DNA of 64,000 nucleotides from a virus: IMG/VR virus record IMGVR_UViG_3300047323_000673, positions 32,001 to 96,000 of that record; one strand, 5' to 3'. Shown piece by piece: positions 1 to 11,054 of this stretch (position 1 is its first letter; each line of letters starts with the position of its first letter). The notes under the pieces were generated by a model. It saw only the letters and a program-made list of their open reading frames with translations, ran no database searches and was not told where the DNA came from. The position numbers and the translations under genes were made by a program.

Positions 1-526
1 TAGCTAAATCACCGCGAAAATTTGAATTCCAAAACATAGAATTCATATGCTCAACTTTGGAAACATCCCAATTAGAAATATCACCATTAAATTGAGAATA
101 AGAAAAGGCACTATGCATAATTTTTACATTAGACACATTCCAATTACTGATATCACCATTAAATTTTGAATTGTAAAAAATACTATTCATGTCTTTTACA
201 TTAGACACATCCCATTCTGAAATATTTCCATTAAATAAAGATTCATGGAACATAAACCTCATATTTTGTACATGAGAGGTATTCCATTTACCAATATCAT
301 TATTAAATTCTGAATCATGAAACATAAAACTCATATCAGTAACATTAGATACATCCCAATTAGAAATGTCGCCATTAAATTCAGAATATCGAAATAATTC
401 TTTCATATCTATAATATTGGATGTATCAATATGATTTAAATCACATTTATAACCATTTATTTTTATTTCATATTTAATTAACTGGATTAAATGTTCTTTA
501 TCTTCAGCAATAATTTTATCTTTCAT
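1..526 (-). CDS. BspA/DUF285-like 24-aa repeat protein (3' end outside window)
   Basis: Manually translated: ATG at 526 overlaps the TGA of 523..1035; [27 protein letters not shown] followed by [13 protein letters not shown] repeats running off the window. Confidence 0.9.
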   Translation of the reverse strand, partial: MKDKIIAEDKEHLIQLIKYEIKINGYKCDLNHIDTSNIIDMKELFRYSEFNGDISNWDVSNVTDMSFMFHDSEFNNDIGKWNTSHVQNMRFMFHESLFNGNISEWDVSNVKDMNSIFYNSKFNGDISNWNVSNVKIMHSAFSYSQFNGDISNWDVSKVEHMNSMFWNSNFRGDLA

Positions 527-1035
527 ATTTTTAGTTTCTTTTTTATATTATTATTTTCATTTAATTCATGCCCTAATTCTTTATTTAACCAATAAGCATC
601 AATAGCTTTTTTCCTATCTTCTTTATCTAAATAATTAGACCACTCAGGTCTATTAGGGAAATCATGATTTAAAATATTAGAAATCCCTGCTTGATAAGGT
701 GTCCACTTAGATAAATCACCACGAAAATCTGAATGCCAAAACATATAACCCATATACTCAACTTTGGAAACATTCCAATTAGAGATGTCTCCATTAAAGA
801 CAGAATAAGCAAACATACTATTCAGAGTTGTTACATTAGATACATCCCAATTACTAATATTGCCATTAAATTTAGAATTATAAAATAAATCCTTCATGTC
901 TGTAATTTGGCTTACATCAATATGGTTTAAATCACATTCATAACCATGTAGTTCAATTTCTTTTTTAATGAGCTTTTCTAAATGTTGTCTATCTTTGGCT
1001 TTAATTATAGCTTTCATATGCAGATTTTTATCCAA
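523..1035 (-). CDS. BspA/DUF285-like repeat protein, C-terminally tagged
   Basis: N-cap [17 protein letters not shown](D/N)VS repeats; ends [18 protein letters not shown]; start may be ATG 1017. Confidence 0.9.
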   Translation of the reverse strand: MDKNLHMKAIIKAKDRQHLEKLIKKEIELHGYECDLNHIDVSQITDMKDLFYNSKFNGNISNWDVSNVTTLNSMFAYSVFNGDISNWNVSKVEYMGYMFWHSDFRGDLSKWTPYQAGISNILNHDFPNRPEWSNYLDKEDRKKAIDAYWLNKELGHELNENNNIKKKLKI

Positions 1036-1042
1036 TTACTTA

Positions 1043-1053
1043 ATTTTAGCAAA
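1043..1053 (-). promoter_or_regulatory. extended -10 sigma70 promoter TTTGCTAAAAT
   Basis: Same TTTG(C/A/T)TA(G/A)AAT motif recurs at 4815, 7987, 8810, 9794, 11823 and 22343, upstream of minus-strand operons. Confidence 0.6.
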
Positions 1054-1127
1054 TTATAAACAATAGACAATAAATTGATATTCGTTTTTAGTTGAGTATA
1101 ATTAAATTATCAATTAAAGAGAAAAAT

Positions 1128-2021
1128 ATGAATATTCAAGATATATTATTAAGTGCATCAAAAGATGATATAAAAGGTAAAAATTTTTATGTTTTTTGTG
1201 GTCAAAAAGTAGAACCTAATTCTTTAAAAGAACTATTGTCAAATCCAAAAATTAAGGAACAATTAAATATTAGAATATTAAGCCAGGGATTACTTGGTGC
1301 TTTAGAAAATGGATTAAAAGAGAATATGGCCATTATTGGTGCATATGTACTAAACAACAATGTATTATATGATATCCCTCCTGAAAATGATTACGATTCA
1401 GTTTTCGATAAACTTAGAAATAATACTAAAAGGATAGCTAATCTTGAAGGATTAAATATAATGTTTAATGCAGCAACAAATTTTAAACAAATAAAATTAT
1501 CTAAATTATTAACCCAAAGATATTCAATTTTAGAAAACTCTATTACTAATCAAATTGATAAAAGCATAGAACTAAAAGGTGGAGCACATAAAGAGTCAGC
1601 AAAACTAAATGAAGATGGCTCTCTTTCTATTACAAGTATCAAAAGCGGGCCTGTTCCACAATATGATTTAAAAATAAAAGAATATGCGTTAAACCCAATA
1701 TTGTTTAATCTAAAAAATTTCAACCCAGAATTATTAGATGATTTTTTAAACGATGAACATAAACTTGACCCATCAGTAGTAAAACATGGCTTAGTTATGA
1801 ATGTATTTTTGGAAAATACCGAATCTGTTCTTTATTTGTTTGCTAATGAAAAATGTGCCAATATTATAAAAAATTCTGATGATATTAAAGCATTTATAAA
1901 CTCAGATACACATTGGGGTGAGAAAAAACAAACAGCTAGAACTGCATTATCACTGATTAATCTAAAAGATGAATTGCCAATTAACAATACTAATACAAAC
2001 TCAGTAAAACCTAAAATTTAA
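1128..2021 (+). CDS. hypothetical protein with C-terminal tag
   Basis: ORF track 1092..2021; ATG 1128 preferred because TTGATA (1075)/TATAAT (1097) overlaps the longer start; ends LKDELPINNTNTNSVKPKI. Confidence 0.75.
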   Translation: MNIQDILLSASKDDIKGKNFYVFCGQKVEPNSLKELLSNPKIKEQLNIRILSQGLLGALENGLKENMAIIGAYVLNNNVLYDIPPENDYDSVFDKLRNNTKRIANLEGLNIMFNAATNFKQIKLSKLLTQRYSILENSITNQIDKSIELKGGAHKESAKLNEDGSLSITSIKSGPVPQYDLKIKEYALNPILFNLKNFNPELLDDFLNDEHKLDPSVVKHGLVMNVFLENTESVLYLFANEKCANIIKNSDDIKAFINSDTHWGEKKQTARTALSLINLKDELPINNTNTNSVKPKI

Positions 2022-2023
2022 AT

Positions 2024-2044
2024 AAAGCCCCTACTGGGGCTTTT
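2024..2044. terminator. bidirectional intrinsic terminator
   Basis: aaagcccc-tact-ggggcttt between convergent genes. Confidence 0.85.
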
Positions 2045-2075
2045 ATATTTTTATTTTTCTAATTGTTGGCTTCAT
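2043..2075 (-). pseudogene. collapsed BspA cassette micro-[13 protein letters not shown]
   Basis: ATG overlaps the TGA of 2072..3016; family N-terminus MKPTI joined to tag end RKIKI*. Confidence 0.65.
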
Positions 2076-3016
2076 ATTCTTAATTTTTTTTCTAAAGTAT
2101 TGTTATTATTTATATTTAACTCTTCATTTAATTCTTTAACTATTCCATTTTCTAAATGATATCGTCTTATCGCTTTATTTCTTTCGTTTTTATCTTCAAT
2201 TAAGGTCCAATAAGGAGTAGAACTTTGTGTATTAGCAAATATATTCATGACATCTTCTAGTGCAAATGGTTTCCAATTGATTAAATCTTTATTAAACTCA
2301 CGATGAAACATTCCTCTCATATCAATAACATTAGATACATCCCAATTAGATATGTCTCCATTAAATAAAGAACTAGCGAACATATGATTCATACTAGTAA
2401 CATTAGATGTATTCCACTTGCTAATATCACCATTAAATTTAGAGCCATTAAACATGGACATCATCTCTTTTACATTAGACACATCCCATTTAGAAATATC
2501 TCCATTAAAAATAGCACTTGTAAACATATGATTCATATAAATAACATCAGAAACATCCCATTGAGATATATCATTATTAAATTTAGAAGTATGAAACATC
2601 GCACTCATATCTTTAACATTAGAAACATTCCATTTGCTGATATCACCATTAAAGCTAGAATAATAAAACATATTACCCATATCAAGTACATGAGATACAT
2701 CCCAATTACTAATATCGCTATTAAATTTAGATTCTGCAAACATTCCACTCATATCTTCAACTTTTGATGTATCCCAATTACTAATATCACCATTAAATTT
2801 AGATAAATAAAACATAGCATTCATATTAATAACTTTAGATATATCCCATTCTGAAATATTCCCATTAAATTCAGAATTATGAAATAATTCAGACATATCA
2901 GTGATATTAGAAACATCAATATGATTTAAATCACATTCGTTTCCATTTAACGCAATTTCTTTTTTAACTAGGTTAATTAAGTTTTTTTTAGTTTTAGCTA
3001 TAATTATGTTTTTCAT
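2072..3016 (-). CDS. BspA/DUF285-like repeat protein, C-terminally tagged
   Basis: N-cap, multiple FNGDISxWDVSNV repeats; ends [20 protein letters not shown]. Confidence 0.92.
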   Translation of the reverse strand: MKNIIIAKTKKNLINLVKKEIALNGNECDLNHIDVSNITDMSELFHNSEFNGNISEWDISKVINMNAMFYLSKFNGDISNWDTSKVEDMSGMFAESKFNSDISNWDVSHVLDMGNMFYYSSFNGDISKWNVSNVKDMSAMFHTSKFNNDISQWDVSDVIYMNHMFTSAIFNGDISKWDVSNVKEMMSMFNGSKFNGDISKWNTSNVTSMNHMFASSLFNGDISNWDVSNVIDMRGMFHREFNKDLINWKPFALEDVMNIFANTQSSTPYWTLIEDKNERNKAIRRYHLENGIVKELNEELNINNNNTLEKKLRI

Positions 3017-3726
3017 ATCTTCAATCCTTTTCTTAAATTATTATTCTCAAGTAATTCTTTCCCTAATTCTTTCTGTAATGTATAAGTATCAATAGCTTTT
3101 TTTCTATCATCTTTATTATAATAACTTGTCCAATAGGGAGCTATTGCAAGAGAATTATTAAAAATATTAGCTACATTAATAACATTATATGGTTTCCAAT
3201 TTGATAAATCTAAATAATATGGTGAATTAGAAAACATCATATCTAAATTTATAACATTAGAAACATCCCATGTATCTATATTTTTACTAAACTTAGAGCC
3301 TGCAAACATTGATTTCATAATTTTAACCTTGGAAACATTCCATTTAGATATATCTTGATTAAATATAGAACAACTAAACATATTAGACATATTTTCTACA
3401 TTCGATACATCCCAATTATTAATATCATTATTAAAAATTGAGCTATCAAACATATGTTCCATTGTCTTTACTTTAGAAGTATTCCAATTACTAATATCAT
3501 CTTTGAATTTAGATTCAAAAAACATAAAATTCATATCCGTAACATTAGACACATTCCATTGTGAAATATCTCCATTAAAATCAGAGAATGAAAATAAACT
3601 TCTCATATCAGTGATATTTGAAACATCAATATGATTTAAATCACATTGTTTCCCATTAATCTCAACCTCTTCTTTAATTAATTCTTTTAGATGTTCTTTA
3701 TCTTTAGCTATTATTTTAAGTTTCAT
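3013..3726 (-). CDS. BspA/DUF285-like repeat protein, C-terminally tagged
   Basis: 237 aa, family caps and repeats; ends [22 protein letters not shown] overlap. Confidence 0.92.
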   Translation of the reverse strand: MKLKIIAKDKEHLKELIKEEVEINGKQCDLNHIDVSNITDMRSLFSFSDFNGDISQWNVSNVTDMNFMFFESKFKDDISNWNTSKVKTMEHMFDSSIFNNDINNWDVSNVENMSNMFSCSIFNQDISKWNVSKVKIMKSMFAGSKFSKNIDTWDVSNVINLDMMFSNSPYYLDLSNWKPYNVINVANIFNNSLAIAPYWTSYYNKDDRKKAIDTYTLQKELGKELLENNNLRKGLKI

Positions 3727-4220
3727 ATTTTATTCTGTTTTATTTTAAAATTCTTATCTATTAAGTTTTGATGCAATTCTTTTGCTAAATGGTAAGCGTC
3801 AATAACTTTTTTCCTTTCATTTTTATCACTGTAATTAGTCCAAAAAGGAATAGGTGCAGAACAATTCAAAAACATATAATAAAAGTGTTTTAAGTTGTAT
3901 GGTTTCCAATTAGAAATGTCATTATTAAATTGAGAGTATTGGAACATCTGAACCATATCTTTAACATTAGATACATCCCACTCTAAAATATTGCCATTAA
4001 AGCTACAGCTTGAAAACATTCCCTGCATATTTTCTACCTTAGAAACATCCCATTTTGATATATCTCCATTAAATTTGGTTCTATCAAATAGAAAACTCAT
4101 ATCCTCAATATTAGATACATCAATATGGTTTAAATCGCATTCGTTTCCACTCAATTTCATTTCATGATCAATTAAATCTCTTAAATGATATTTATCTTTG
4201 GGAATAATTGTCGGTTTCAT
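3723..4220 (-). CDS. BspA/DUF285-like repeat protein, C-terminally tagged
   Basis: 165 aa (2 internal repeats); ends [18 protein letters not shown]. Confidence 0.92.
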   Translation of the reverse strand: MKPTIIPKDKYHLRDLIDHEMKLSGNECDLNHIDVSNIEDMSFLFDRTKFNGDISKWDVSKVENMQGMFSSCSFNGNILEWDVSNVKDMVQMFQYSQFNNDISNWKPYNLKHFYYMFLNCSAPIPFWTNYSDKNERKKVIDAYHLAKELHQNLIDKNFKIKQNKI

Positions 4221-4810
4221 ATTTTTAATCTTTTCTCAAAATTACCATTTTTATTTAATTCATTGTTTAATTCCATACTAAACCAATAAGCTTTAATTGT
4301 TTTTTTTCTAATTTCACTGCTATCTAAATTAACCCAATATGGAACAGTAGCATTACACTCATCAAACATAGCATGTGTCATATATGCATTAAATGGTTTC
4401 CATATAGATAAATCTTGATTAAATTCAGCGTATTGAAACATATAATTCATATCTTTAACATTGGAAACATTCCACTCTGAGATATTATTATTAAATTTTG
4501 AATCAGAAAACATACTATTCATATCTCTAACATTTGAAACATCCCATTTGCTAATATCTCCATTAAATGTCGATTTTAAAAATAGACAGCGCATTTCTTT
4601 AACATTAGAAGTGTCCCATTTTGAAATATCACCATTAAAATTAATATGCGAAAAAATAGAATTTAGTGTAGTAATTTGGGAAATATCAATATGATTTAAA
4701 TCACAATTAACTCCATTAGCTTTTATTTCTTCAACTATTATTTTTTTTAGTGTAGTTCTATCTTTAGCTATGATTTTAGTTTTCATATGATTAAAGTTAA
4801 TATTTATCAT
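4217..4810 (-). CDS. BspA/DUF285-like repeat protein, C-terminally tagged
   Basis: Family caps and repeats; ends [18 protein letters not shown]; start may be ATG 4786. Confidence 0.9.
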   Translation of the reverse strand: MININFNHMKTKIIAKDRTTLKKIIVEEIKANGVNCDLNHIDISQITTLNSIFSHINFNGDISKWDTSNVKEMRCLFLKSTFNGDISKWDVSNVRDMNSMFSDSKFNNNISEWNVSNVKDMNYMFQYAEFNQDLSIWKPFNAYMTHAMFDECNATVPYWVNLDSSEIRKKTIKAYWFSMELNNELNKNGNFEKRLKI

Positions 4811-5036
4811 TAATATTCTAACAAATATAAAATATTAAGCAAAAAAATTGACTTTTTAATTCTTTCCAATTATTTATCTTTTATGTCTCCTTCTAAGACT
4901 AGCTGTCGGCTGAAAAGCGAAGTTTAATTACATAGATAATCTCAAAAAAATATTGCTTTAATTTTCTATTTTTTTGTTTGACTGCATGCCGACTCCACTA
5001 AAACAAAAATAAAACTTAACTTAATAGGAGATTAAT

Positions 5037-5978
5037 ATGCAAAAAAAGATGCATAGCATAGCTATTGATGAAGCTAAATTCAAAAAAACATCAAAAAAAA
5101 TCGTATCAAAATTAAATGAGCAATACTCATTAAATATAAAATTAAATTCTTTCCATGAATTATTTGCTGAGTCATTAGGTTATAGAAACCTCTTTGGACT
5201 ACAGAAAGTATTTGAAGAAGGTGAGGAGCCAACACCATCCTTTATATTTGATTTGTTTAAAGGATTATCTTCAGGACAATCCACTCAAATATTCTTTAAT
5301 CTTATGGATGGTCAAGACTCGTCAAGTTCAAGTATGTGGAAAGGAAGAGCACTTTCACTTATATCTACTGTTCTAATGACATTAACATATATGCGAGAAC
5401 AAAAGGAAGTTATTCTTGATGCACAAGTCATTCGTGAATATTTAATTTTAGATAATATTATTAAAACTTATAAATCAAGAAAAGACTTTCCAGATCATAT
5501 TAGAGCAGCATTAAGAGCATATTTACTTTCTTTACCAGGATTTCAGGAAAGTGCTCCTAAGCAGGGTGAAACAGTTCTTGAACAACATGGCTACTTACAA
5601 ATGCAATTCTCCACTATTTTAGACAAACTAAGTTATATTGAAAAAGATAACTTTATCATTGCAAATAGAAATTGGTTTGAACTTAATAAATATCCTGTAG
5701 ATTTTGACCCAACTAAAGATAAAAAGAACTATTTAAAAAAACAATTAAGAGATTTAGATTGTATAGATATATCTTGGATTGATATGCAATCTTATCAAGA
5801 TTGGGTCTATAAAGCTTTAAAGAAAAACGAAATAATAAGAGTTGCAGATTTAATATCTTATACTTCTATGATTATTTCACCACAGAAAAAAGCAGAGATG
5901 TGCTTTCTGCTGAATAGCATTTTAAATAATTTAGATACTGCTTCAGCAATATCTAAAGAGATTGAGTCTAGTATATAA
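5037..5978 (+). CDS. fusion protein: Glyoxalase_8-like N-terminal helical domain plus DotL/IcmO (TrbC)-like helical domain fragment
   Basis: SD AGGAG; aa 74-198 carry F..LSSGQ.TQ...LM, MWKGRALS, LTYMR..K.VILDA..IREY, YLLSLPGF, VLEQHGYLQMQ, recalled as DotL/IcmO motifs; no Walker A/B. Confidence 0.72.
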   Translation: MQKKMHSIAIDEAKFKKTSKKIVSKLNEQYSLNIKLNSFHELFAESLGYRNLFGLQKVFEEGEEPTPSFIFDLFKGLSSGQSTQIFFNLMDGQDSSSSSMWKGRALSLISTVLMTLTYMREQKEVILDAQVIREYLILDNIIKTYKSRKDFPDHIRAALRAYLLSLPGFQESAPKQGETVLEQHGYLQMQFSTILDKLSYIEKDNFIIANRNWFELNKYPVDFDPTKDKKNYLKKQLRDLDCIDISWIDMQSYQDWVYKALKKNEIIRVADLISYTSMIISPQKKAEMCFLLNSILNNLDTASAISKEIESSI

Positions 5979-5981
5979 TTT

Positions 5982-6004
5982 TAAAGCCCCAAAAAGGGGC
6001 TTTA
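5982..6004. terminator. bidirectional intrinsic terminator
   Basis: taaagcccc-aaaaa-ggggcttta between convergent genes. Confidence 0.85.
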
Positions 6005-6005
6005 T

Positions 6006-6566
6006 TCATAATTTTAATTTTTTATCTAGATTATTATTTTTACTTAAATCTTGGCTCAACTCTTTGTGTAAATGATATGCCACAATAGCTTTTTTTCTTT
6101 CTTCCTTCGTTTCGTAAGTTGCCCAATAAGGAATATTTTCGATATACAAATTATAATTCTCTCCTAATTTATAAGGTGTCCAATTACTAATATCACCTTT
6201 AAAGGGGAAATTATAGAACATCCAATCCATATCTCTAACATTCGATACATTCCAACTCGAAATATCATTGTTAAATTGGGAGTCAGAAAACATAGAATCC
6301 ATATCTGTTACATTAGATGTATTCCACTTAGATATATCACCACTAAATTTAGATTTATAAAACATAAATCCCATATTAGTGACATTAGATACATCCCATT
6401 CAGAAATATCTCCATTAAATGGTAAATCACGAAATAAATTACTCATATCAGTTATTTTAGACACATCAATATGATTAAGATTGCATGCACTTCCTTTATC
6501 ATTAATTTCTTTTTGAATGATTTGCCTGAACTCATAATAATTTTTTGCAACAATCTTTTTTTTCAT
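6006..6566 (-). CDS. BspA/DUF285-like repeat protein, C-terminally tagged
   Basis: Family caps and repeats; ends [18 protein letters not shown]. Confidence 0.92.
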   Translation of the reverse strand: MKKKIVAKNYYEFRQIIQKEINDKGSACNLNHIDVSKITDMSNLFRDLPFNGDISEWDVSNVTNMGFMFYKSKFSGDISKWNTSNVTDMDSMFSDSQFNNDISSWNVSNVRDMDWMFYNFPFKGDISNWTPYKLGENYNLYIENIPYWATYETKEERKKAIVAYHLHKELSQDLSKNNNLDKKLKL

Positions 6567-7132
6567 ATTTTCAATTTTTTTCCTAAACTATCATTTTTAC
6601 CTAACTCTTTTTGCAATTCTTTTTGTAAATGATATTTATCAATTGCTCTATTCCTATCTTCCTTATTTTCATATTCACACCAATATGGTCTTGGCGCATT
6701 ACAATCTTTGAAAAAATTATTAATCTCTTGTAGATTATATGGTTTCCAATCAGATAAATCTCCTTTAAATGAAGAAGTTCTAAAAATACTATTCATAAAA
6801 TAAACATTGGACACATCCCAATTAGATATATCACTATTAAATATTGAATTTTGGAACATGCTCTCAATATGAGTGACCTTTGATGTGTTCCACTTGGAGA
6901 TATCACCATTAAAACTAGAATAAGCAAACATATGACACATATCTATAACTTTTGAGACATCCCATTCAGATATATTTCCATTAAACTTTGAGATATAAAA
7001 TAACTCTCTCATATCCGTAATATCAGATACATCTATATGATTTAAATCACATTCATAACCATTTAATTCAATTTCTATAGCAATTAATTCCAATAAATGA
7101 TCTTTATTTTTAGCTATTATTTTATTTTTCAT
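6563..7132 (-). CDS. BspA/DUF285-like repeat protein, C-terminally tagged
   Basis: 189 aa; ends [18 protein letters not shown]. Confidence 0.92.
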   Translation of the reverse strand: MKNKIIAKNKDHLLELIAIEIELNGYECDLNHIDVSDITDMRELFYISKFNGNISEWDVSKVIDMCHMFAYSSFNGDISKWNTSKVTHIESMFQNSIFNSDISNWDVSNVYFMNSIFRTSSFKGDLSDWKPYNLQEINNFFKDCNAPRPYWCEYENKEDRNRAIDKYHLQKELQKELGKNDSLGKKLKI

Positions 7133-7980
7133 ATCTTCAATTTTTTATTTTTTCTATTATTTCCTACTATACTTAATTCTTCATTTAATTGGTAATACTC
7201 AATAGCTTTATTTCTTTCTTCTTTATTATTATATTTAGCCCAATATGGTATTATTCCTTTACATCCATGAAACATATTACGAATATTATAAACATTATAA
7301 GGTTGCCATTTGGAAATATCACGATTAAAATTAGCACTTCCAAACATCCACTCCATGATTTTAACATTAGATACATTCCAGTTAGATATATCTCCATTAA
7401 ATTTTGACCATCTAAACATATCCTCCATATCTGTCACATTGGAGGTGTCCCATTTAGAAATATCACCATTAAATTCACATTCATAAAACATTCCTTTCAT
7501 ATCAATAACATTTGAAACATTCCAATTAGAAATATCTCCATTAAAATGCGATTTATAAAATAGAGATTTCATCTCTTTAACATTAGTAGTATTCCATTTG
7601 CTTAAATCCTTATTGAACTTAGAATTTGAAAACATATTTCTCATTGTTTTAACATTTGAGACATTCCAATTAGAAATATCACCATTAAATATAGAATGAG
7701 AAAACATGTAACTCATATCTTCAACATTAGAAGTATCCCAGTTAGAAATATTGCCATTAAATTTAGAATTGCTAAATAATTCACTCATATCAGTAATATT
7801 TCTCACATCAATATGGTTTAAGTCACAATTAATGCCATTCGCTTTTATTTCTTTTTTAATGATTTTTAATAATTTGTTTTTATTTTTTGGAGTGATTCTA
7901 GCAGGATACATAGATAAAGCTTTATTTTTTTCATAATCAAAGCTATCTCTTAAAAATTGTAAAAATTTATTTGTTTTCAT
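7129..7980 (-). CDS. BspA/DUF285-like repeat protein with N-terminal extension, tagged
   Basis: Extension [14 protein letters not shown]; ends [19 protein letters not shown]; -10 element 7 nt upstream of ATG. Confidence 0.92.
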   Translation of the reverse strand: MKTNKFLQFLRDSFDYEKNKALSMYPARITPKNKNKLLKIIKKEIKANGINCDLNHIDVRNITDMSELFSNSKFNGNISNWDTSNVEDMSYMFSHSIFNGDISNWNVSNVKTMRNMFSNSKFNKDLSKWNTTNVKEMKSLFYKSHFNGDISNWNVSNVIDMKGMFYECEFNGDISKWDTSNVTDMEDMFRWSKFNGDISNWNVSNVKIMEWMFGSANFNRDISKWQPYNVYNIRNMFHGCKGIIPYWAKYNNKEERNKAIEYYQLNEELSIVGNNRKNKKLKI

Positions 7981-7986
7981 AATTTA

Positions 7987-7997
7987 ATTTTAGCAAA
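7987..7997 (-). promoter_or_regulatory. extended -10 promoter, leaderless-type spacing
   Basis: TTTGCTAAAAT ends 7 nt before ATG 7980. Confidence 0.6.
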
Positions 7998-8011
7998 TTA
8001 AAATAAATAAA

Positions 8012-8029
8012 AAAGCCAACCCAGGGCTT
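8012..8029 (-). terminator. degenerate intrinsic terminator
   Basis: aagcc-N7-ggctt followed by a U-tract on the minus strand. Confidence 0.55.
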
Positions 8030-8790
8030 CATAATTTATGTTTTTTCTTTTTAGGTTCTTCACTGATGTTTAATTCATTTTGTAAATCATCACTTAATTT
8101 ATATTTATCAATAGCTCTATTTCTTTCTTCTAAATCATCATAATTAGCCCAATAAGGAATAGAGGATTTAGAGTGAGTAAACATGTCAGAATAAGAATCC
8201 AATTTATATGGTTTCCAATTATTTATATTTCCTGAAAATTTGGATGAAAAAAACATATATTTTGCATTATTTAAATTACACACATCCCAATTTTGTATGT
8301 TTCCATTAAAAGCAGAGCTAAGAAACATCCCCCCCATGTCTTCAACATTGCTAACATTCCAATTTGAGATATCTCCATTAAATTGAGCACTTTCAAACAT
8401 ACGACTCATATCTTTTACTTTTGAAGTATTCCATTTACTGATATCACCATTAAACTCCGAACTATAAAATAATGATGACATATTCTTAACATTAGATGTA
8501 TTCCATTTACTAATATCTCCATTAAATTCGGATTCCTGAAATAAACCACTCATATCTTCGACATTTGAAACATCCCATTGGGATATGTCTCCATTAAATG
8601 GAGATTTTTGAAATATATAAGTCAACTTGGTAATACGAGAAACATCAATATGATTTAAATCACAAGTAAAACCATTTTCTATGATTTCTTTTTGTATTAA
8701 CTGACATAAATGCTTTTCATTTTTAGCAATAATTTTATTACTAGAAAATTTTTTAGTTAAATATTTAATATATTTTTGAATAGTTTTCAT
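8029..8790 (-). CDS. BspA/DUF285-like repeat protein with N-terminal extension, tagged
   Basis: Extension MKTIQKYIKYLTKKFSS; ends LQNELNISEEPKKKKHKL. Confidence 0.92.
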   Translation of the reverse strand: MKTIQKYIKYLTKKFSSNKIIAKNEKHLCQLIQKEIIENGFTCDLNHIDVSRITKLTYIFQKSPFNGDISQWDVSNVEDMSGLFQESEFNGDISKWNTSNVKNMSSLFYSSEFNGDISKWNTSKVKDMSRMFESAQFNGDISNWNVSNVEDMGGMFLSSAFNGNIQNWDVCNLNNAKYMFFSSKFSGNINNWKPYKLDSYSDMFTHSKSSIPYWANYDDLEERNRAIDKYKLSDDLQNELNISEEPKKKKHKL

Positions 8791-8809
8791 ATTATTTCTC
8801 CATTACTAA

Positions 8810-8820
8810 ATTCTAGCAAA
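8810..8820 (-). promoter_or_regulatory. extended -10 promoter
   Basis: TTTGCTAGAAT 7 nt before ATG GAG AAA TAA T ATG. Confidence 0.6.
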
Positions 8821-8835
8821 TTAAACTAAATAAAA

Positions 8836-8854
8836 AAGCCCCTAGATGGGGCTT
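8836..8854 (-). terminator. intrinsic terminator
   Basis: aagcccc-N5-ggggctt plus U-tract. Confidence 0.85.
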
Positions 8855-8857
8855 AGT

Positions 8858-9787
8858 TTAAATCTTCATTTTTTTACTTATTACAGAATTGGTATTTAAT
8901 TGTTTATTTAATTGATAAAAGTTAATAGCTTTTGCTCTTTCAGAGTTATTATTATATTCTAACCAATAAGGCTTTGGAGCTTCACATTCCTTAAAGATGT
9001 CAAACATAATATTTAAATTAAATGGAGTCCAATTAGATAGATCTCCCTTAAAATGTGATTTATAAAACATATCTTTCATAGTTTGAACATTGGACACATT
9101 CCAATCAGATATATCTCCATTAAACTTAGAAGAACAAAACATACTTTCCATATTGTCTACTTTAGCAACATTCCAATTAGATAGATCACCATTAAATGCT
9201 GAATTCATAAACATACATCTCATATTGACGACTTTAGAAGTATCCCATTTACTTAAATCACCTTCAAATTTTGAAGACCAAAACATACAGTGCATACTTT
9301 CAACATTAGAGACATCCCAGTTAGAGATATCTCTATTAAACTTTGAATTTTGAAACATTCCTTCCATATCCTTTACTTTAGACACATTCCATTGGGAAAT
9401 ATCACCATCAAATGAGCATATAAAAAACATCCTGCTCATATTCTCAACATTAGACACATCCCATTTAGATATATCATTATTAAATTTTGATTGTGAAAAT
9501 AAAAAATGCATATTTTTTACATTAGAAGTGTTCCAATTGGATATATCTCCTGTAAAAAATGAATCCCAAAACATAGCAGCCATACTTTCAACATTAGATG
9601 TATTCCATTGACTAATATCACCATTAAATTTTGATTGATTAAACAAATAACTCATATCTGTAATCTTGGATACATCAATATGATTCAAATTACATTCGTT
9701 TCCATGTAATTTCATTTCATTTTTAATTAATTGTTTTAAATGCTCTTTATCTTGAGCAATAATTTTATGATTTATATTATTTTCCAT
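8858..9787 (-). CDS. BspA/DUF285-like repeat protein, C-terminally tagged
   Basis: 309 aa; ends [17 protein letters not shown]; -10 element 7 nt upstream of ATG. Confidence 0.92.
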   Translation of the reverse strand: MENNINHKIIAQDKEHLKQLIKNEMKLHGNECNLNHIDVSKITDMSYLFNQSKFNGDISQWNTSNVESMAAMFWDSFFTGDISNWNTSNVKNMHFLFSQSKFNNDISKWDVSNVENMSRMFFICSFDGDISQWNVSKVKDMEGMFQNSKFNRDISNWDVSNVESMHCMFWSSKFEGDLSKWDTSKVVNMRCMFMNSAFNGDLSNWNVAKVDNMESMFCSSKFNGDISDWNVSNVQTMKDMFYKSHFKGDLSNWTPFNLNIMFDIFKECEAPKPYWLEYNNNSERAKAINFYQLNKQLNTNSVISKKMKI

Positions 9788-9793
9788 AAATTA

Positions 9794-9804
9794 ATTCTAT
9801 CAAA
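9794..9804 (-). promoter_or_regulatory. extended -10 promoter, leaderless-type spacing
   Basis: TTTGATAGAAT ends 7 nt before ATG 9787. Confidence 0.6.
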
Positions 9805-9819
9805 TTAAACTAAATAGAA

Positions 9820-9838
9820 AAGCCCCTTAGTGGGGCTT
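9820..9838 (-). terminator. intrinsic terminator
   Basis: aagcccc-N5-ggggctt plus U-tract. Confidence 0.85.
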
Positions 9839-9863
9839 AATTTAATTTCAATATTATTTGAGG

Positions 9864-10364
9864 CTATGAATAAGACTTAATAATTCTAATTTTAGGAGCT
9901 AACACTTCCAATACTTTTGTCTCAGCATCAGATTTTAAGTCATAAACTTCTAAATCTTTTGCTGTAGGAGGAACACCAGAAAAATAACGATAAACAATTT
10001 CCTCTATTGTTGGTTCAGCTTCTTTAGGCAATTTTTCTAACTTATACTTCCCATCAACCATACCTTTAACAAGACCGTTCTTATTTAGCAAAGCAGACAT
10101 AATACCAAACCAACCAATAGCACAAATTGTATAATCACCAATTGGCTCAACTTTATATAAATTGTTTCCAAACTGCTCTACATAATTTTTATTATTTGAC
10201 AAATAAAATGAATTCAGCCTTGAACAAGCTGTAATTGGTCTAAACCGTTCAAGTAGCTTTTCATAATCTCCAAAGTAAGGACTATTTTTCTTACTAACTA
10301 ACAATTGATTTTCTTGCAAATCAGAATTAGATGCATGCCAATAAGTATTTTGAGAAGTTTTCAT
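9864..10364 (-). CDS. putative ADP-ribosyltransferase-fold protein (DUF2441/Arr-like)
   Basis: YWHAS..DL...QLL, E..LERFRP...SRLNSFYL and LYKVEP motifs. Confidence 0.5.
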   Translation of the reverse strand: MKTSQNTYWHASNSDLQENQLLVSKKNSPYFGDYEKLLERFRPITACSRLNSFYLSNNKNYVEQFGNNLYKVEPIGDYTICAIGWFGIMSALLNKNGLVKGMVDGKYKLEKLPKEAEPTIEEIVYRYFSGVPPTAKDLEVYDLKSDAETKVLEVLAPKIRIIKSYS

Positions 10365-10415
10365 CTATTTAAATGCAAATTTAAAATTAAATTATACACC
10401 AAATTCTTTAAAAAA

Positions 10416-11054
10416 TTACAGTTTAATTTTCTTTCCAAGATTACTATTTAAATTTAATTCTTCGTTTAATTCTTTATTCAAATGGTATCTATCAATAGCT
10501 TTTTTTCTCTCATCTCCATGAAGAGAAAACCAATATGGTGGTGATATTTTTGCATCAGTAAAGGTATTTCCCCACTCTGTGAAATTATATGGCTTCCAAT
10601 CTGAAATATTTCCTTCAAAATCTGATTTATAAAACATAGCGGTAATATTTTCTACTTTACTTACATCCCATTTACCTATATCACCATTAAATTTTGATTC
10701 GCTAAACATATATTCCATTCTTCTTACATTAGAAGTATTCCAATTATTAATATCGCCATTAAAGCATGAATCACAAAATAATCCAGCCATCTTGACTACT
10801 TTAGAAACATTCCATTGGCTTATATCTCCATTAAATTCAGATCGGTTAAACATAAGACTCATATCTGTAACATTAGAAACATCCCATTTAGATATGTCAC
10901 CATTAAAATCAGAGTGCATGAAAAGTCTGTTCATGGCTGTTACCTGGCTTACATCAATATGATTTAAATCACATTCATTTCCATTTAATTCGATTTCTTG
11001 TTTAATAATTTCAATTAAGTGCTCTTTATCTTTAGCTATTATTGTATTTTTCAT
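10416..11054 (-). CDS. BspA/DUF285-like repeat protein, C-terminally tagged
   Basis: 212 aa; ends [18 protein letters not shown]. Confidence 0.92.
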   Translation of the reverse strand: MKNTIIAKDKEHLIEIIKQEIELNGNECDLNHIDVSQVTAMNRLFMHSDFNGDISKWDVSNVTDMSLMFNRSEFNGDISQWNVSKVVKMAGLFCDSCFNGDINNWNTSNVRRMEYMFSESKFNGDIGKWDVSKVENITAMFYKSDFEGNISDWKPYNFTEWGNTFTDAKISPPYWFSLHGDERKKAIDRYHLNKELNEELNLNSNLGKKIKL

